Shown here: piece by piece, positions 52,198 to 61,970 of the stretch
Layout of the letters: each line of letters begins with the position of its first letter
Position numbering within the stretch: the stretch's first letter is position 1
NCBI GenBank assembly: GCA_016839765.1
Contig: JAEOTP010000015.1
Coordinates: forward strand, 1 to 64,000
DNA from: Promethearchaeota archaeon
GTDB taxonomy: Archaea; Asgardarchaeota; Lokiarchaeia; Sigyniarchaeales; SOKP01
DNA: 64,000 nt
Reading direction: 5' to 3'
Translations under genes and position numbers: made by a program
The notes under the pieces: generated by a model
Database searches by the model: none
Seen by the model: the letters and a program-made list of their open reading frames with translations, nothing else
What the model was told of the DNA's origin: nothing

Positions 52198-52545
52198 TTA
52201 TTGACTCGTTCTATTTTCTTTAATAATCTTCTTTATCTCTTCTAAAAGGAGTTGTTTTTCAGCAATAAACCAATGTAATTTTGATTTTTCAGGGTGTTCT
52301 TGATGAATTGTTTCAGCAAGCTTTCTAATTTCTTCCTCAAGGGGTTTAATAACTTCTCCATTCACATCATCCCTAATTAACAACACCAAATTATCAGTTT
52401 CGAGGGGTTTAATATCATATCCATTCTTTACATTTTTATTTATTGTAACACATAATTCGGCAAGAAACCAAACGCTTTTTTCATAACCTTCATGTGATTT
52501 ATATCTTTGAAACGCCAATACTTCTACATCTTCTTTTGTGAACAA
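52198..52545 (-). CDS. Small protein with two DUF2934-like helical repeats
   Basis: EDVEVLAFQRY...WFLAEL and EEIRKLAETIH...WFIAEKQL. Confidence 0.65.
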   Translation of the reverse strand: MFTKEDVEVLAFQRYKSHEGYEKSVWFLAELCVTINKNVKNGYDIKPLETDNLVLLIRDDVNGEVIKPLEEEIRKLAETIHQEHPEKSKLHWFIAEKQLLLEEIKKIIKENRTSQ

Positions 52546-52716
52546 TTTTTTTTAAACAACTCCTTCATTAAATAATTTAAACGTTAATCTTATTATCAAA
52601 AAAGAAAGTTTTACATTTAATTATTTGTATTGAGATTTATAAGCTGTTAAAACCACAAAATTAAAAATTCATTGTATTTTAATAGTATTATTAGAGTATA
52701 ATTATTTTCAAATTAA

Positions 52717-52847
52717 GCCTCCGTGGCTTAGTGGTAGAGCAGCAGACTGTGAATGATTAAAGCTTTCTCTCTGCACTTGTAATCTGCCGGTCGTGGGTTC
52801 AAGTATTCAGAGCGTTTGGTTCTGAGTTGAAATTCCCACCGGGGGCT
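52717..52847 (+). tRNA. tRNA-Thr(UGU) with introns at 32/33 (52748-52776) and 59/60 (52804-52833)
   Basis: Acceptor GCCTCCG/CGGGGGC plus U73; D arm GCTT/GAGC; anticodon stem GCAGA/TCTGC; T stem GTGGG/CCCAC; both introns have bulge-helix-bulge geometry; no encoded CCA. Confidence 0.9.
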
Positions 52848-52955
52848 TTCTTAATTTACTACTCCTTCTAACCAAATATTTTAAAGAAAGCCTTAAATCA
52901 AGTAATATTATAAATCTTTAAGTTAATATTTAGATCAAACCTTTAAATCTCGAAA

Positions 52956-54539
52956 ATGAACAAAATTAACCAAATAATTTTATGCATTATTGATGATGTA
53001 AGTTCAGATCATTTTTTTAACTTAATAAATAAAGGTCGTCTTCTAAATTTTAAAAAATTAATGAAAAGTGGAATTTTTTCAACAAGTTGTATAACTGATT
53101 TTCCAGCGATAACATTTCCAACTCAAGTCTCAATAATTACTGGAACCTATACTGGTGATTATCGAAATGAGTTATGTCACGGTGTTCCAATGTATGATTG
53201 GATGGAACGGAGTGTCTCACCTCCGATGTTACGTTCATATGGTACTTATGGTTCTGACGAACGAGTTCAAATTTATAAAATAAATGAAGACATTGGAAAT
53301 AAATGCCAAACTATATTTGAAATGGTTGACGAGGGAAATTCCGCTAGTATAGCTCAATTTATCAATAGAGGCACCAAATATTTCTTCCCAGAGAGAAAAA
53401 CAAAACTAATGATGTACTATCTCTTCATAAAATATTACAAAAACATTAAAGAAATGATGATAAGAGCAAATACAATTATTGTAAAGGAACTTCTAAAGAC
53501 TTTTAAAACTCCAAGGAAATTTTTTGAAAACCAAGAACCCCCAATTATCTCACTGTTATGGTTTGTTTCATCTGATTTATTAATGCATAGTTTTGGTTAT
53601 GATTCAAAAATTTATGAATTAAATCTTCGACATATTGATAAAGTAATGGGATATTTGATTGAAGAACTCGATAAATTAGGATATTTGGATGATACAGTAT
53701 TAGCTATAACCTCCGATCATGGAAATTACAAGGCAAATAAGATTGGAAATATGGGCTTATTTCTTAGAAGTAAAGGATTAACGCAATATCATCCTCGTAA
53801 AAATATTAAAGGAAATATGGATCTAGCCGAATTTGGAGGATTAGGGTTTTTTTATTTTAAATCGAATAATCCAATTTCAAAGAAAATTTGGAAGTATCCA
53901 AACTTGGAGAGTTTTAAAGTATATGGCCCAAAGAAGGTAAATTTATTTCAAGAATTATTTAAGATTGATGGTACTGAATTGATGTATTATAAAGATGATG
54001 AAAATTCGACAGATAAAGGTATGATTTATTTAAAGAGGAAAAATCCTGAAACAAATAAAATTGAATCTGGATATATTGAATATCGGGGAAATTCTAAAGA
54101 TCTTAAAACAAAATATGTATCTGAAAATCAAAATAATGATATTTTTGGATATTCTGATGATGCGCTCGCATTTAAATTGTTGGATAACAAATTTCATTCA
54201 ATTCAAGAATGGCTAGATGTTACTTATCATGCTAACTATCCAATATATCCGGATCTATTAATAAGACATTTTAAAAATCCTCGAAGTGCAGATATTATCA
54301 TTAGCACTAAAGGTAAAATTGCTTATAACATTAAACATGGTCGAGAGAGGCGTAGTAGTTATTATTTGCATGACATTGGTTTAAGGAGGAGCGCTGTTGT
54401 ACCTCTAATAATAGCAGGGCCTGATGAGATCCCCCAAAGAGAAATATCTCATTGTAAAATAACTGATATTGTACCTACATTATTAAAATTGTTAGGAAAA
54501 ACTCCTCATAAAAGTGTTGTAGGAAAAACTCTAATTTAA
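52956..54539 (+). CDS. Alkaline phosphatase superfamily (nucleotide pyrophosphatase/phosphodiesterase-like)
   Basis: IIDD, FPAITFP, DLLMH, TSDHG, H..., DIVPTLL. Confidence 0.85.
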   Translation: MNKINQIILCIIDDVSSDHFFNLINKGRLLNFKKLMKSGIFSTSCITDFPAITFPTQVSIITGTYTGDYRNELCHGVPMYDWMERSVSPPMLRSYGTYGSDERVQIYKINEDIGNKCQTIFEMVDEGNSASIAQFINRGTKYFFPERKTKLMMYYLFIKYYKNIKEMMIRANTIIVKELLKTFKTPRKFFENQEPPIISLLWFVSSDLLMHSFGYDSKIYELNLRHIDKVMGYLIEELDKLGYLDDTVLAITSDHGNYKANKIGNMGLFLRSKGLTQYHPRKNIKGNMDLAEFGGLGFFYFKSNNPISKKIWKYPNLESFKVYGPKKVNLFQELFKIDGTELMYYKDDENSTDKGMIYLKRKNPETNKIESGYIEYRGNSKDLKTKYVSENQNNDIFGYSDDALAFKLLDNKFHSIQEWLDVTYHANYPIYPDLLIRHFKNPRSADIIISTKGKIAYNIKHGRERRSSYYLHDIGLRRSAVVPLIIAGPDEIPQREISHCKITDIVPTLLKLLGKTPHKSVVGKTLI

Positions 54540-54593
54540 GAACTATCTGAAATTATGTATTCTAATCTAAAAGCTTAAAAAAATAAGCTAACA

Positions 54594-55550
54594 TTGAACA
54601 ACGAAATTTTAATTACTGGTACAGATGGATTTATCGGTTCATATTTAAAGAGCTATTTTTTAGATAATCAATATAGGGTATATGGAACTGTTTACAATCT
54701 GAGAGAACCTAATGATTATGAAGTAAAAATTGACTTTCGAAAAAAGCAAGATTTTGAAAAATTACCAAATAAAACTTTTGATATTATTATACATACCGTT
54801 GGAATAGTGGATCAAACTGTTCCAAAAAAGTTAATAATGTCCGTTAATGCTAAAGGTACAAAATATATTTGTAATTGGGCTCTAAAGCATAAATGTAAAC
54901 ATTTTATATTCGTTAGCTCTGTTTCTGCATATGGTTTTAAACTGTTAGGGGAAAATCGTTCTGAAAAGAAAACAAGGAGAACCTTTGGAATTTTAAGTCT
55001 ACCTTATATGAAATCCAAAGCAAACGCAGAACGATATATTGAAAAAAGTGGGTTATATTATACTATATTAAGACTTCCTCCTGTTTTAGGTAAAGGTGAT
55101 ACTTATCTCTCTCCTGCAATTATTCCTAAACTACTTCAAGGCACCTTTTTCTTTTGTGGTAAAAAGGATCGAAAATTTTCTACTCTTAACATAAAGAATC
55201 TAGGTCCAATTCTTACCAAAATAATCCAAGATGATCCATATTGTGAGGTATTTAATTGTACTGATTTCGAAATTACTTGGAGTGAATTAATAGAAGAATA
55301 TGCAAAACGGTTAGAGATTGACTTAATTAAGCAATATAAACCTTTATTGAGCTGCTTGAAAAGGTGGAGTGATAAACAATATTTACTGATATTAGGTTTT
55401 GCTCGATTTGGATGTCATTATTCAAATGATAAATTAATAAATAGATATAACTTTATCCCTATATACTCATGGAAAGATGGAATAAAAGAAGCAGTTGATG
55501 GTTATAAAACTAAAAAAGAAGATTGGAAAAAAAATTCCGTCTTATTGTAA
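54594..55550 (+). CDS. NAD-dependent epimerase/dehydratase (extended SDR)
   Basis: ITGTDGFIG, VSSVSAYG, YMKSK, LRLP.VLG. Confidence 0.88.
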   Translation: MNNEILITGTDGFIGSYLKSYFLDNQYRVYGTVYNLREPNDYEVKIDFRKKQDFEKLPNKTFDIIIHTVGIVDQTVPKKLIMSVNAKGTKYICNWALKHKCKHFIFVSSVSAYGFKLLGENRSEKKTRRTFGILSLPYMKSKANAERYIEKSGLYYTILRLPPVLGKGDTYLSPAIIPKLLQGTFFFCGKKDRKFSTLNIKNLGPILTKIIQDDPYCEVFNCTDFEITWSELIEEYAKRLEIDLIKQYKPLLSCLKRWSDKQYLLILGFARFGCHYSNDKLINRYNFIPIYSWKDGIKEAVDGYKTKKEDWKKNSVLL

Positions 55551-55663
55551 TTAACTAAAAGCTAATGATTATAAAGATATAATTATATTATTAATATTGT
55601 TTCAATAAGCTAGCTTACCTAATTAAGTTTCAATTTCTTAATAACAGGACTGATATTTTAATA

Positions 55664-56275
55664 ATGGTTGAGTTGAATAAATTCATAGAAGAGTTAAAAA
55701 GTTCACGAAATATTGTTCGGATAACGGTAGTAGGAGATGGTGCGGTAGGGAAAACAACTTTAGTCCGAGCACTTCTTCGAAAAACTAAAAATTGTTCTGG
55801 AAATCATTCAAATATTAATTTAATAGAGGAAAAGGAAATTAAGCGTACTCCCTTCATAGAGATAGAATCTTGGACATATAAAGATTTGATAATTCAGTGC
55901 TATGATTTAGCAGGCCAAAGAATTCCAGGTGCTCATCCTTTAGATATTTTACAAAGTCAAGTTATTAGTTCAATAGATATTTTCATTTTTGTTTTCTCAG
56001 TTGATAGATATAAGTCTTTTGAAAACCTTAATAATTGGAGGACATTAATGAATTTAAATAACATGAGAAGGGATAATAACGGATTAATACTTGTTGGAAA
56101 CAAAATAGACTTAGAGAGAAATGTATCAAGAGGACTAGTACAATTAATTGCTGGGGAAGACAGATACTTTCATTCATATGTAGAAACAAGTGCAACAAAG
56201 GAAATTGGAATTGAAGAATTATTAGATGAAATTGTTAATGTTGGAAAAAAAATCTTAACATTTTACAGCTCTTAA
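55664..56275 (+). CDS. Ras-superfamily small GTPase
   Basis: GDGAVGKT, RT, DLAGQ, NKID, ETSA all intact. Confidence 0.92.
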   Translation: MVELNKFIEELKSSRNIVRITVVGDGAVGKTTLVRALLRKTKNCSGNHSNINLIEEKEIKRTPFIEIESWTYKDLIIQCYDLAGQRIPGAHPLDILQSQVISSIDIFIFVFSVDRYKSFENLNNWRTLMNLNNMRRDNNGLILVGNKIDLERNVSRGLVQLIAGEDRYFHSYVETSATKEIGIEELLDEIVNVGKKILTFYSS

Positions 56276-56286
56276 TTGATAATTGT

Positions 56287-58506
56287 ATGACTATTATAAA
56301 TTGTAAACTCTGTAATGAAAAGATTAGTTTTGACCTTCATAATGCAGGAACTTACTTACATATAACTGAGTCAGGAAATCCTATGATTGGAAAATTATAC
56401 ACAGTCCGCGTAGGACATCAAACTAATTCAGGATCATTACATATAAATGTTGTTGTTATCGATCAAAGAGGTGAATATCGTGCTCATAAAGATTACTATG
56501 AAGATAAACAACTTAAGGATAAAACAGCTGATATATGGGAAAAAATAATACATCAAATTCCAATAGAAATTCGAGCCTATTTATCCTTAGCAAATAATGA
56601 GGAAAAAAAAATTATCTCCTCAATTCCTGAACCATTTACTAAATCTGCTAATGAATGGTATGATGTTTTAATAAGATTAAAAAATGAAAATCCAAATAAT
56701 CAGTTGCTCAGCCTTCTTTCTGTTAAATGGGGTTTTATTATAGGTAAAGGAAAGCAGCTTTTACAGGATACTTATAATCCTAATTCCTGGAGTTATCCTA
56801 TCTATATACGCTTACAAGCAAGATTTGCTCCTAGACCAGAATTAGTTGGAATAGCAAAAAACATGAACATACCTTCTGCTCCCCCTTTAATGCAATTAGA
56901 AGAAGCGATCGCTAGAGCTGAAACTTATTTGCGTTTAAATGAATATAATCTTATAAAAGAATTATATAATGACTCTTTGAGAAAATGGGGAAATGAAACT
57001 TCTATTGAAATGAAAACTGGGTTAATGCTTATTCAAGGATATTATGGTTTTGGGTTCTACTTCCTTGGGGATATCAATAAAGGACTTGAATTAATAGAAC
57101 CAGCTTTTAATTTCGGACAAATAATTGAAAACCGTGAAGTAATCAGCATTACTGGAAATTTTTATGCTGCAGTGCTCCAATCCAGTGGAGAATTAGAAAA
57201 AACTTTACAGACTTACAATATTGTTCTAGATGTTAGTGAAGATATGGGTGATGAAAGAACTAAAGCTGTAATCTCAACAAATATGTCCATTGTTGAGTCA
57301 AAACAAGGATTATATGATAAAGCATTAAAACGTCAAAGAGCTATTTTAGAGTCACCAGTAGTTAAAGATGAATTTTTCTTAAAAATTTCGCTCCAAAGCA
57401 TTATCGCTGAGACGCTCTTTATAGCTGAGCATTATGATGAGTCAAAAGAGTTATGTCAAGCAATACTTCTTGAGAAAAATATGCCAACTAATTACAAATT
57501 TGATACCCTTTCCACCTTAAAAAAAATTGCCGGAAAGACTGATTCACCCGAATTATTGGAGTTTGTCACCAATAATCTACCGGATGATAAAGAATTTTTA
57601 GAAACACCTGTATATAAGATTTTTAATTATGATTTACAAGCAATTAATGCAAAATTACACGAAAACTGGCATGAATTAATTGAGTGTTTAAAGAACGAAC
57701 GAGATATTATGTTTAAGAATAAATTGGTAGAAGATGCGAGTGATATTGAAATTAGACTTGCTGATGGATATTTTAAACAATATCAAAAATCTGATAAGCT
57801 TGAATATCTCAATCATGCATATAGCCATTTAGACTTAGCTAAAATTATTGCTATAGAGCAACAAAATTATCTAGATCATTGTAGATTGGTAATGCTTAAA
57901 GGATTTCTAGCTTCAAAAAGTAAGTTATCTGAACAAGCAGAAATGAATTTTAAAGAAGCTTTGAAAATCGCTCGGGTATATAAATTAACTCATTTAGAAA
58001 GTCAAATTATCCAGCAATTAGATTTACTAAAAAAAGGTAGTATTGAAAAGTCTGCAGGTTCATTTTTACGGAAATTATTCAATAGATTAACCTTCAGAAA
58101 AGTTGAAGAGTCAAAACCAAAACAAAAAAGCATAATCTATGCAGTATCCATAGGAGCCCAAGATTCTACTTGGATGATGATTTTACAAAATGAAAAAGAT
58201 GGTAATCCGGAACATACTAATTATCTTTTAGGATTCCGTGATTTATGGAATCATTTAGGAACAGATAACATTCAGCAACAAGTAAATTATTTTACAGTCA
58301 GTAAGGGAGCTGTTTTAATCGAGAAGTCACTAAATTTTCAATTAATTGCTCTAAGCAATAAATTAGATTATTTAACTAGATTAACACTTCAGAATCTATT
58401 ACCTAAGATAGAAAATTTCTCTTATAAAAATATTCCCGAAAAGTTGACAGAACACGTGCATGAACTGATTAATAGCACTTTAACTAATTTTTTCAAAGTC
58501 AAGTAA
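56287..58506 (+). CDS. TPR-like helical repeat protein with N-terminal CxxC/His domain and possible C-terminal longin-like domain
   Basis: CKLC...H...H N-terminus; repeated G...A...Y/F helical pairs; C-terminal beta-beta-alpha-beta-beta-beta-alpha-alpha pattern; 11 nt after the GTPase gene. Confidence 0.7.
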   Translation: MTIINCKLCNEKISFDLHNAGTYLHITESGNPMIGKLYTVRVGHQTNSGSLHINVVVIDQRGEYRAHKDYYEDKQLKDKTADIWEKIIHQIPIEIRAYLSLANNEEKKIISSIPEPFTKSANEWYDVLIRLKNENPNNQLLSLLSVKWGFIIGKGKQLLQDTYNPNSWSYPIYIRLQARFAPRPELVGIAKNMNIPSAPPLMQLEEAIARAETYLRLNEYNLIKELYNDSLRKWGNETSIEMKTGLMLIQGYYGFGFYFLGDINKGLELIEPAFNFGQIIENREVISITGNFYAAVLQSSGELEKTLQTYNIVLDVSEDMGDERTKAVISTNMSIVESKQGLYDKALKRQRAILESPVVKDEFFLKISLQSIIAETLFIAEHYDESKELCQAILLEKNMPTNYKFDTLSTLKKIAGKTDSPELLEFVTNNLPDDKEFLETPVYKIFNYDLQAINAKLHENWHELIECLKNERDIMFKNKLVEDASDIEIRLADGYFKQYQKSDKLEYLNHAYSHLDLAKIIAIEQQNYLDHCRLVMLKGFLASKSKLSEQAEMNFKEALKIARVYKLTHLESQIIQQLDLLKKGSIEKSAGSFLRKLFNRLTFRKVEESKPKQKSIIYAVSIGAQDSTWMMILQNEKDGNPEHTNYLLGFRDLWNHLGTDNIQQQVNYFTVSKGAVLIEKSLNFQLIALSNKLDYLTRLTLQNLLPKIENFSYKNIPEKLTEHVHELINSTLTNFFKVK

Positions 58507-58524
58507 AGATTAATATTTACTTTT

Positions 58525-58965
58525 GTGAAGCGTATGGAACCTAAATTTATGTCAAAAGTATTAAAAATTAAAGATAAAACCAGAATAAAAGTTCGTTTTA
58601 ATGACACGGATGCAATGGGTATCGTACATTTTAAAAATTATTTAGTATATTTTGACGATGGTTTTGTCAGTTTTATGAATAACTTACTTGCTCCTAAAAG
58701 AATAGAGGACACTGTTCATGAAGGATTTGTATTTGGTGTTAAAAAAGTTGATATTACTTATCAAGGTTCTGTAGGATTTGGGGATTATGTAATAGTTGAG
58801 ACCCAAATAACAGAAATGGGGAATTCTTCTGTTACATTTCATCATAAGATTTTTAGGGAATCCGATAATAAATTAATTGCAACAATTAATTGCGTAAGGC
58901 TAGTTATGGAGCTTCGAACTAATAAATTAGTAAAAGTTAATGATTTTTTTACTAAATATCTTTAA
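58525..58965 (+). CDS. Acyl-CoA thioesterase (4HBT/YbgC hot-dog)
   Basis: VRFNDTDAMGIVHFKNYLVYFD. Confidence 0.9.
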   Translation: MKRMEPKFMSKVLKIKDKTRIKVRFNDTDAMGIVHFKNYLVYFDDGFVSFMNNLLAPKRIEDTVHEGFVFGVKKVDITYQGSVGFGDYVIVETQITEMGNSSVTFHHKIFRESDNKLIATINCVRLVMELRTNKLVKVNDFFTKYL

Positions 58966-59040
58966 TTTTTAATAAGATTATACATTCAAATGATCATTCT
59001 ATTTGATTATATTTTATAAAGAGTAAAGAAGGTTAAGAAT

Positions 59041-60054
59041 ATGGATTCTAATATTGCAGCAGCCAATGCTCTTCAATATGTTTTAGAAGCTAAACCAGGG
59101 GAAACTATACTAATAATTTCCGATGATATAAAAAAAGAAGTAGGACAAGCTTTCGCAAGTGGAGCAATTGATTTAGGGCTGTGGACTCGTTTAGTTATTT
59201 TAGAAACGGAAGATGAATTATTTAGAACAGAAATACCTGCTAATCTATTAGAAATGCTAAACTCACCTTATAAACCAGATATTTTTATCAATATTTTTAG
59301 AGATACCAGTAAAGAAACACCTTTTCGAATTAAGATAGTTCAATTAGAGACTCGAAAGAAGCTTTCACGAGCGGGACACTGTCCAGGTATAACTATGGAT
59401 ATGTTAACAAAAGGAGCTTTATCATTAAAAAAGGAAGAATATATTAAAATGCAAAATAATGCTAGAAGGTTATTAACCGTACTACAAGATGTAGAATCAG
59501 CGAAAGTAAAAGCACCAAATGGTTCCAATTTCGAGTTAAGTGTTAAAAATAGAACTTGGTTCTCAGATACATATATTGATTGGAAATTAATGAAATGGAT
59601 GAATTTACCTGTTGGGGAAGTTCTTATAGGACCTATTGAAACCTCAATGCAAGGAACTCTAGTATGTGATCTAGCAATTGGTGGAATAGGTCCAATAGAA
59701 AAAAAAATTACGTTAGAGGTTAAGGACGGTCGTGTTGAGAGTGTTGTAAGTGAAGATAAAGAAGTTCTCAACAATGTTAAAGAAACACAAGCAATTGATG
59801 AGATGGCAAAATATGTAGGAGAATTTGCCTTTGGACTTAACCCTAAAGCCAGATTAGTCGAACAATTTCTCGAAGCTGAAAAAATAGATAATGCGATACA
59901 TGTTGCGTTTGGCAACAATATGGATTACCCAGGCATAGTAGCAAATAATTCAGCACAACATCAAGACTTTTTGGTTGATAACCCAACAGTAGAAATATTT
60001 TACACAAATGGTCGTTCTCGTATAGTGATGGATAAAGGAAAATTAATTATATAA
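59041..60054 (+). CDS. M29-like aminopeptidase
   Basis: NLPVGEV, GEFAFGLN, EAEK, IHVAFG, HQD. Confidence 0.85.
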   Translation: MDSNIAAANALQYVLEAKPGETILIISDDIKKEVGQAFASGAIDLGLWTRLVILETEDELFRTEIPANLLEMLNSPYKPDIFINIFRDTSKETPFRIKIVQLETRKKLSRAGHCPGITMDMLTKGALSLKKEEYIKMQNNARRLLTVLQDVESAKVKAPNGSNFELSVKNRTWFSDTYIDWKLMKWMNLPVGEVLIGPIETSMQGTLVCDLAIGGIGPIEKKITLEVKDGRVESVVSEDKEVLNNVKETQAIDEMAKYVGEFAFGLNPKARLVEQFLEAEKIDNAIHVAFGNNMDYPGIVANNSAQHQDFLVDNPTVEIFYTNGRSRIVMDKGKLII

Positions 60055-60082
60055 TTAATTTTTACAATATTTCTATTTTTTA

Positions 60083-61183
60083 TCATGTAATTTGAATAGG
60101 GGGTATAAATACATCTCTTGGACCGGTTCTTTTTAGTTTAATGGCATTTTCAGGACAAAAATGAGCACACACTCCACACCCTATACATTTTTTTTGATTT
60201 ACTTTTGCTGTTGAATTACTTAACTCAATTGTTTCCATAGGACATTTTTCTACACAAGTTCCACATCCTAGACAATATTCTTCATTAATTACAGCTAAAT
60301 ATGATGATATTGTATGTAAAGGCGCAATTCCTTGGTAATACATTCGAAACGGGCCACAACAACATTTGCAGCAGTTACATATTGCTTCTAAACCTCGATT
60401 TGTATCCAAATGAACATGAAATACTTTGTGAACTAAACCATAATCCTCAGCTTCTCTAAAGATTTTTAAAGCATCCTCTTTCGAGATGGGTTTCCCAAAA
60501 TTATGTTCTATAACAAATTGAGCACTTTTATCTAAAAAAAAGCAATTTTGTTTCGGTGCGTTTAATTTACATGGATCATCTACCAACTCTTTTTCTTGCC
60601 GACAGTAACAATTTGCTAAAGCAATATCATCATAATCATTGATAATTTGTTCTATTTCTTCATAAGGCATAATACCCTCACCAGCTACCTCTATTTGTTT
60701 TTCTACTGGAATAATTCGATCTAGTGCTGGAGTATTCTTAAATTGTTCAACAATACGATCATAATTCTTCTGAGTTCCTTCTCTCAATTCCTTAAATAAT
60801 TTTTCAAAAAAATATGCCTTTTTTTTATCTTTTTCTGTTGAAGTTCCCCTAAGAAATTGATATTCAAAAATTCCAGGCCACATTGGCATTAAACGATAAA
60901 CCATAATGCCTGTTCTTCTACTGGGAACTCCAACAATTACACCATTGTCCATTAAGCTATTTAATATTTTATTTAATGAGTCATCATCTAAATCGCTTTT
61001 TTGTTTAATCTCGTTAATATTTAGTGAAGGTTTTTTAAAAATTAAAATAAAATTAGCTTGTTCTTCTGACATTAAAGTTTTTATTAACTCTATTATTGTA
61101 GGTGTTATTGGTATAGGCATTTGTCCTGCTTTAGCAATAGTTCTTGCTGCTCGATACCAGAGTTTTTCTATTTTTTCAGTCAT
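60083..61183 (-). CDS. 4Fe-4S dicluster protein with N-terminal wHTH-like region
   Basis: CYCR, C, CNCCKCCC, CLGCGTCVEKCP, CIGCGVCAHFCP. Confidence 0.85.
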   Translation of the reverse strand: MTEKIEKLWYRAARTIAKAGQMPIPITPTIIELIKTLMSEEQANFILIFKKPSLNINEIKQKSDLDDDSLNKILNSLMDNGVIVGVPSRRTGIMVYRLMPMWPGIFEYQFLRGTSTEKDKKKAYFFEKLFKELREGTQKNYDRIVEQFKNTPALDRIIPVEKQIEVAGEGIMPYEEIEQIINDYDDIALANCYCRQEKELVDDPCKLNAPKQNCFFLDKSAQFVIEHNFGKPISKEDALKIFREAEDYGLVHKVFHVHLDTNRGLEAICNCCKCCCGPFRMYYQGIAPLHTISSYLAVINEEYCLGCGTCVEKCPMETIELSNSTAKVNQKKCIGCGVCAHFCPENAIKLKRTGPRDVFIPPIQIT

Positions 61184-61290
61184 AATTTAAAATGAAGCCA
61201 GAATATTTTATCCCAAAATTAATGTATAGAAAAAACTAACATTATTTAATTATATTGCGCTGTTTATGAAAAAGAAATTAATGACTGTTT

Positions 61291-61716
61291 TCAAAGAGGT
61301 TCTCTGACTAGATAATATATTTTTTCAGAATTGCATTTAGGACAATTCACTTTCTTATCCTTTGAAGCGGATTCGTCCTCCCATTCTTCATTGCAATTTA
61401 AACAACCATACCCTATAAATCCTTTTTTAACATCAATATTTCCCCCATAAACTTTAATGGCTTTTCCCTCCATTATAGCTTGCGTTACCTTTTGATGAGC
61501 GCTTTCTAATATTCTAGAAAAAGTAGGTTGAGACACTCCCATTTTATTTGCAGAATCTTGTTGATTTAAATCGATATAGTGTTTTAAACGCAATGCTTCG
61601 AATTCTGCTACAGTTAGAATTATTTGATCTTCAGCTAATGGGCCCTCTATTGCTCTTCGAAAATATTGATTATCTGGTGGACTTTTCACCATACGCATTC
61701 TTGTTCGACGACCCAT
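61291..61716 (-). CDS. DUF134 DNA-binding protein with C-terminal zinc ribbon
   Basis: MGR..R.R, EFEALRL...L.Q..A.KMGVSQPTFSRIL.SA; CLNC...CPKC; ATG at 61716 preferred over TTG 61761. Confidence 0.88.
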   Translation of the reverse strand: MGRRTRMRMVKSPPDNQYFRRAIEGPLAEDQIILTVAEFEALRLKHYIDLNQQDSANKMGVSQPTFSRILESAHQKVTQAIMEGKAIKVYGGNIDVKKGFIGYGCLNCNEEWEDESASKDKKVNCPKCNSEKIYYLVREPL

Positions 61717-61970
61717 AGTCAACACTGAAATAATTAAGTTATATTTGAAATATTTATTCAAAATTTTTATAATTATTTATTCACATTATAAATTTTAATT
61801 ATGGGGTTATATGTTATAAATGAATTGAATTTTTAATGTGAGATATCGATTAGATCAAATTCTTTATTTTTTTTAATTTTTAAATTAATTTTAAAAAATA
61901 TATTACCTACATTGATATTATTATCATATATTTATAAAAATCAAAAAAAGGGTGTTCTAAAGTTAGATAT

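Noticed and set aside
52747-52782. tRNA-His(GUG) with canonical 37/38 intron
   Set aside because: No BHB central helix at that junction; a perfect one exists for 32/33, and U73 matches Thr
52848-58506. Integrated element at the tRNA 3' end
   Set aside because: No integrase and no duplicated tRNA 3' end (att site) seen in the window
1247-61190. Numerous short ORF-track entries overlapping long genes (for example 1247-1621, 20982-21398, 29269-29751, 48544-48948, 59340-59918)
   Set aside because: Antisense or alternate-frame shadows of well-supported CDSs
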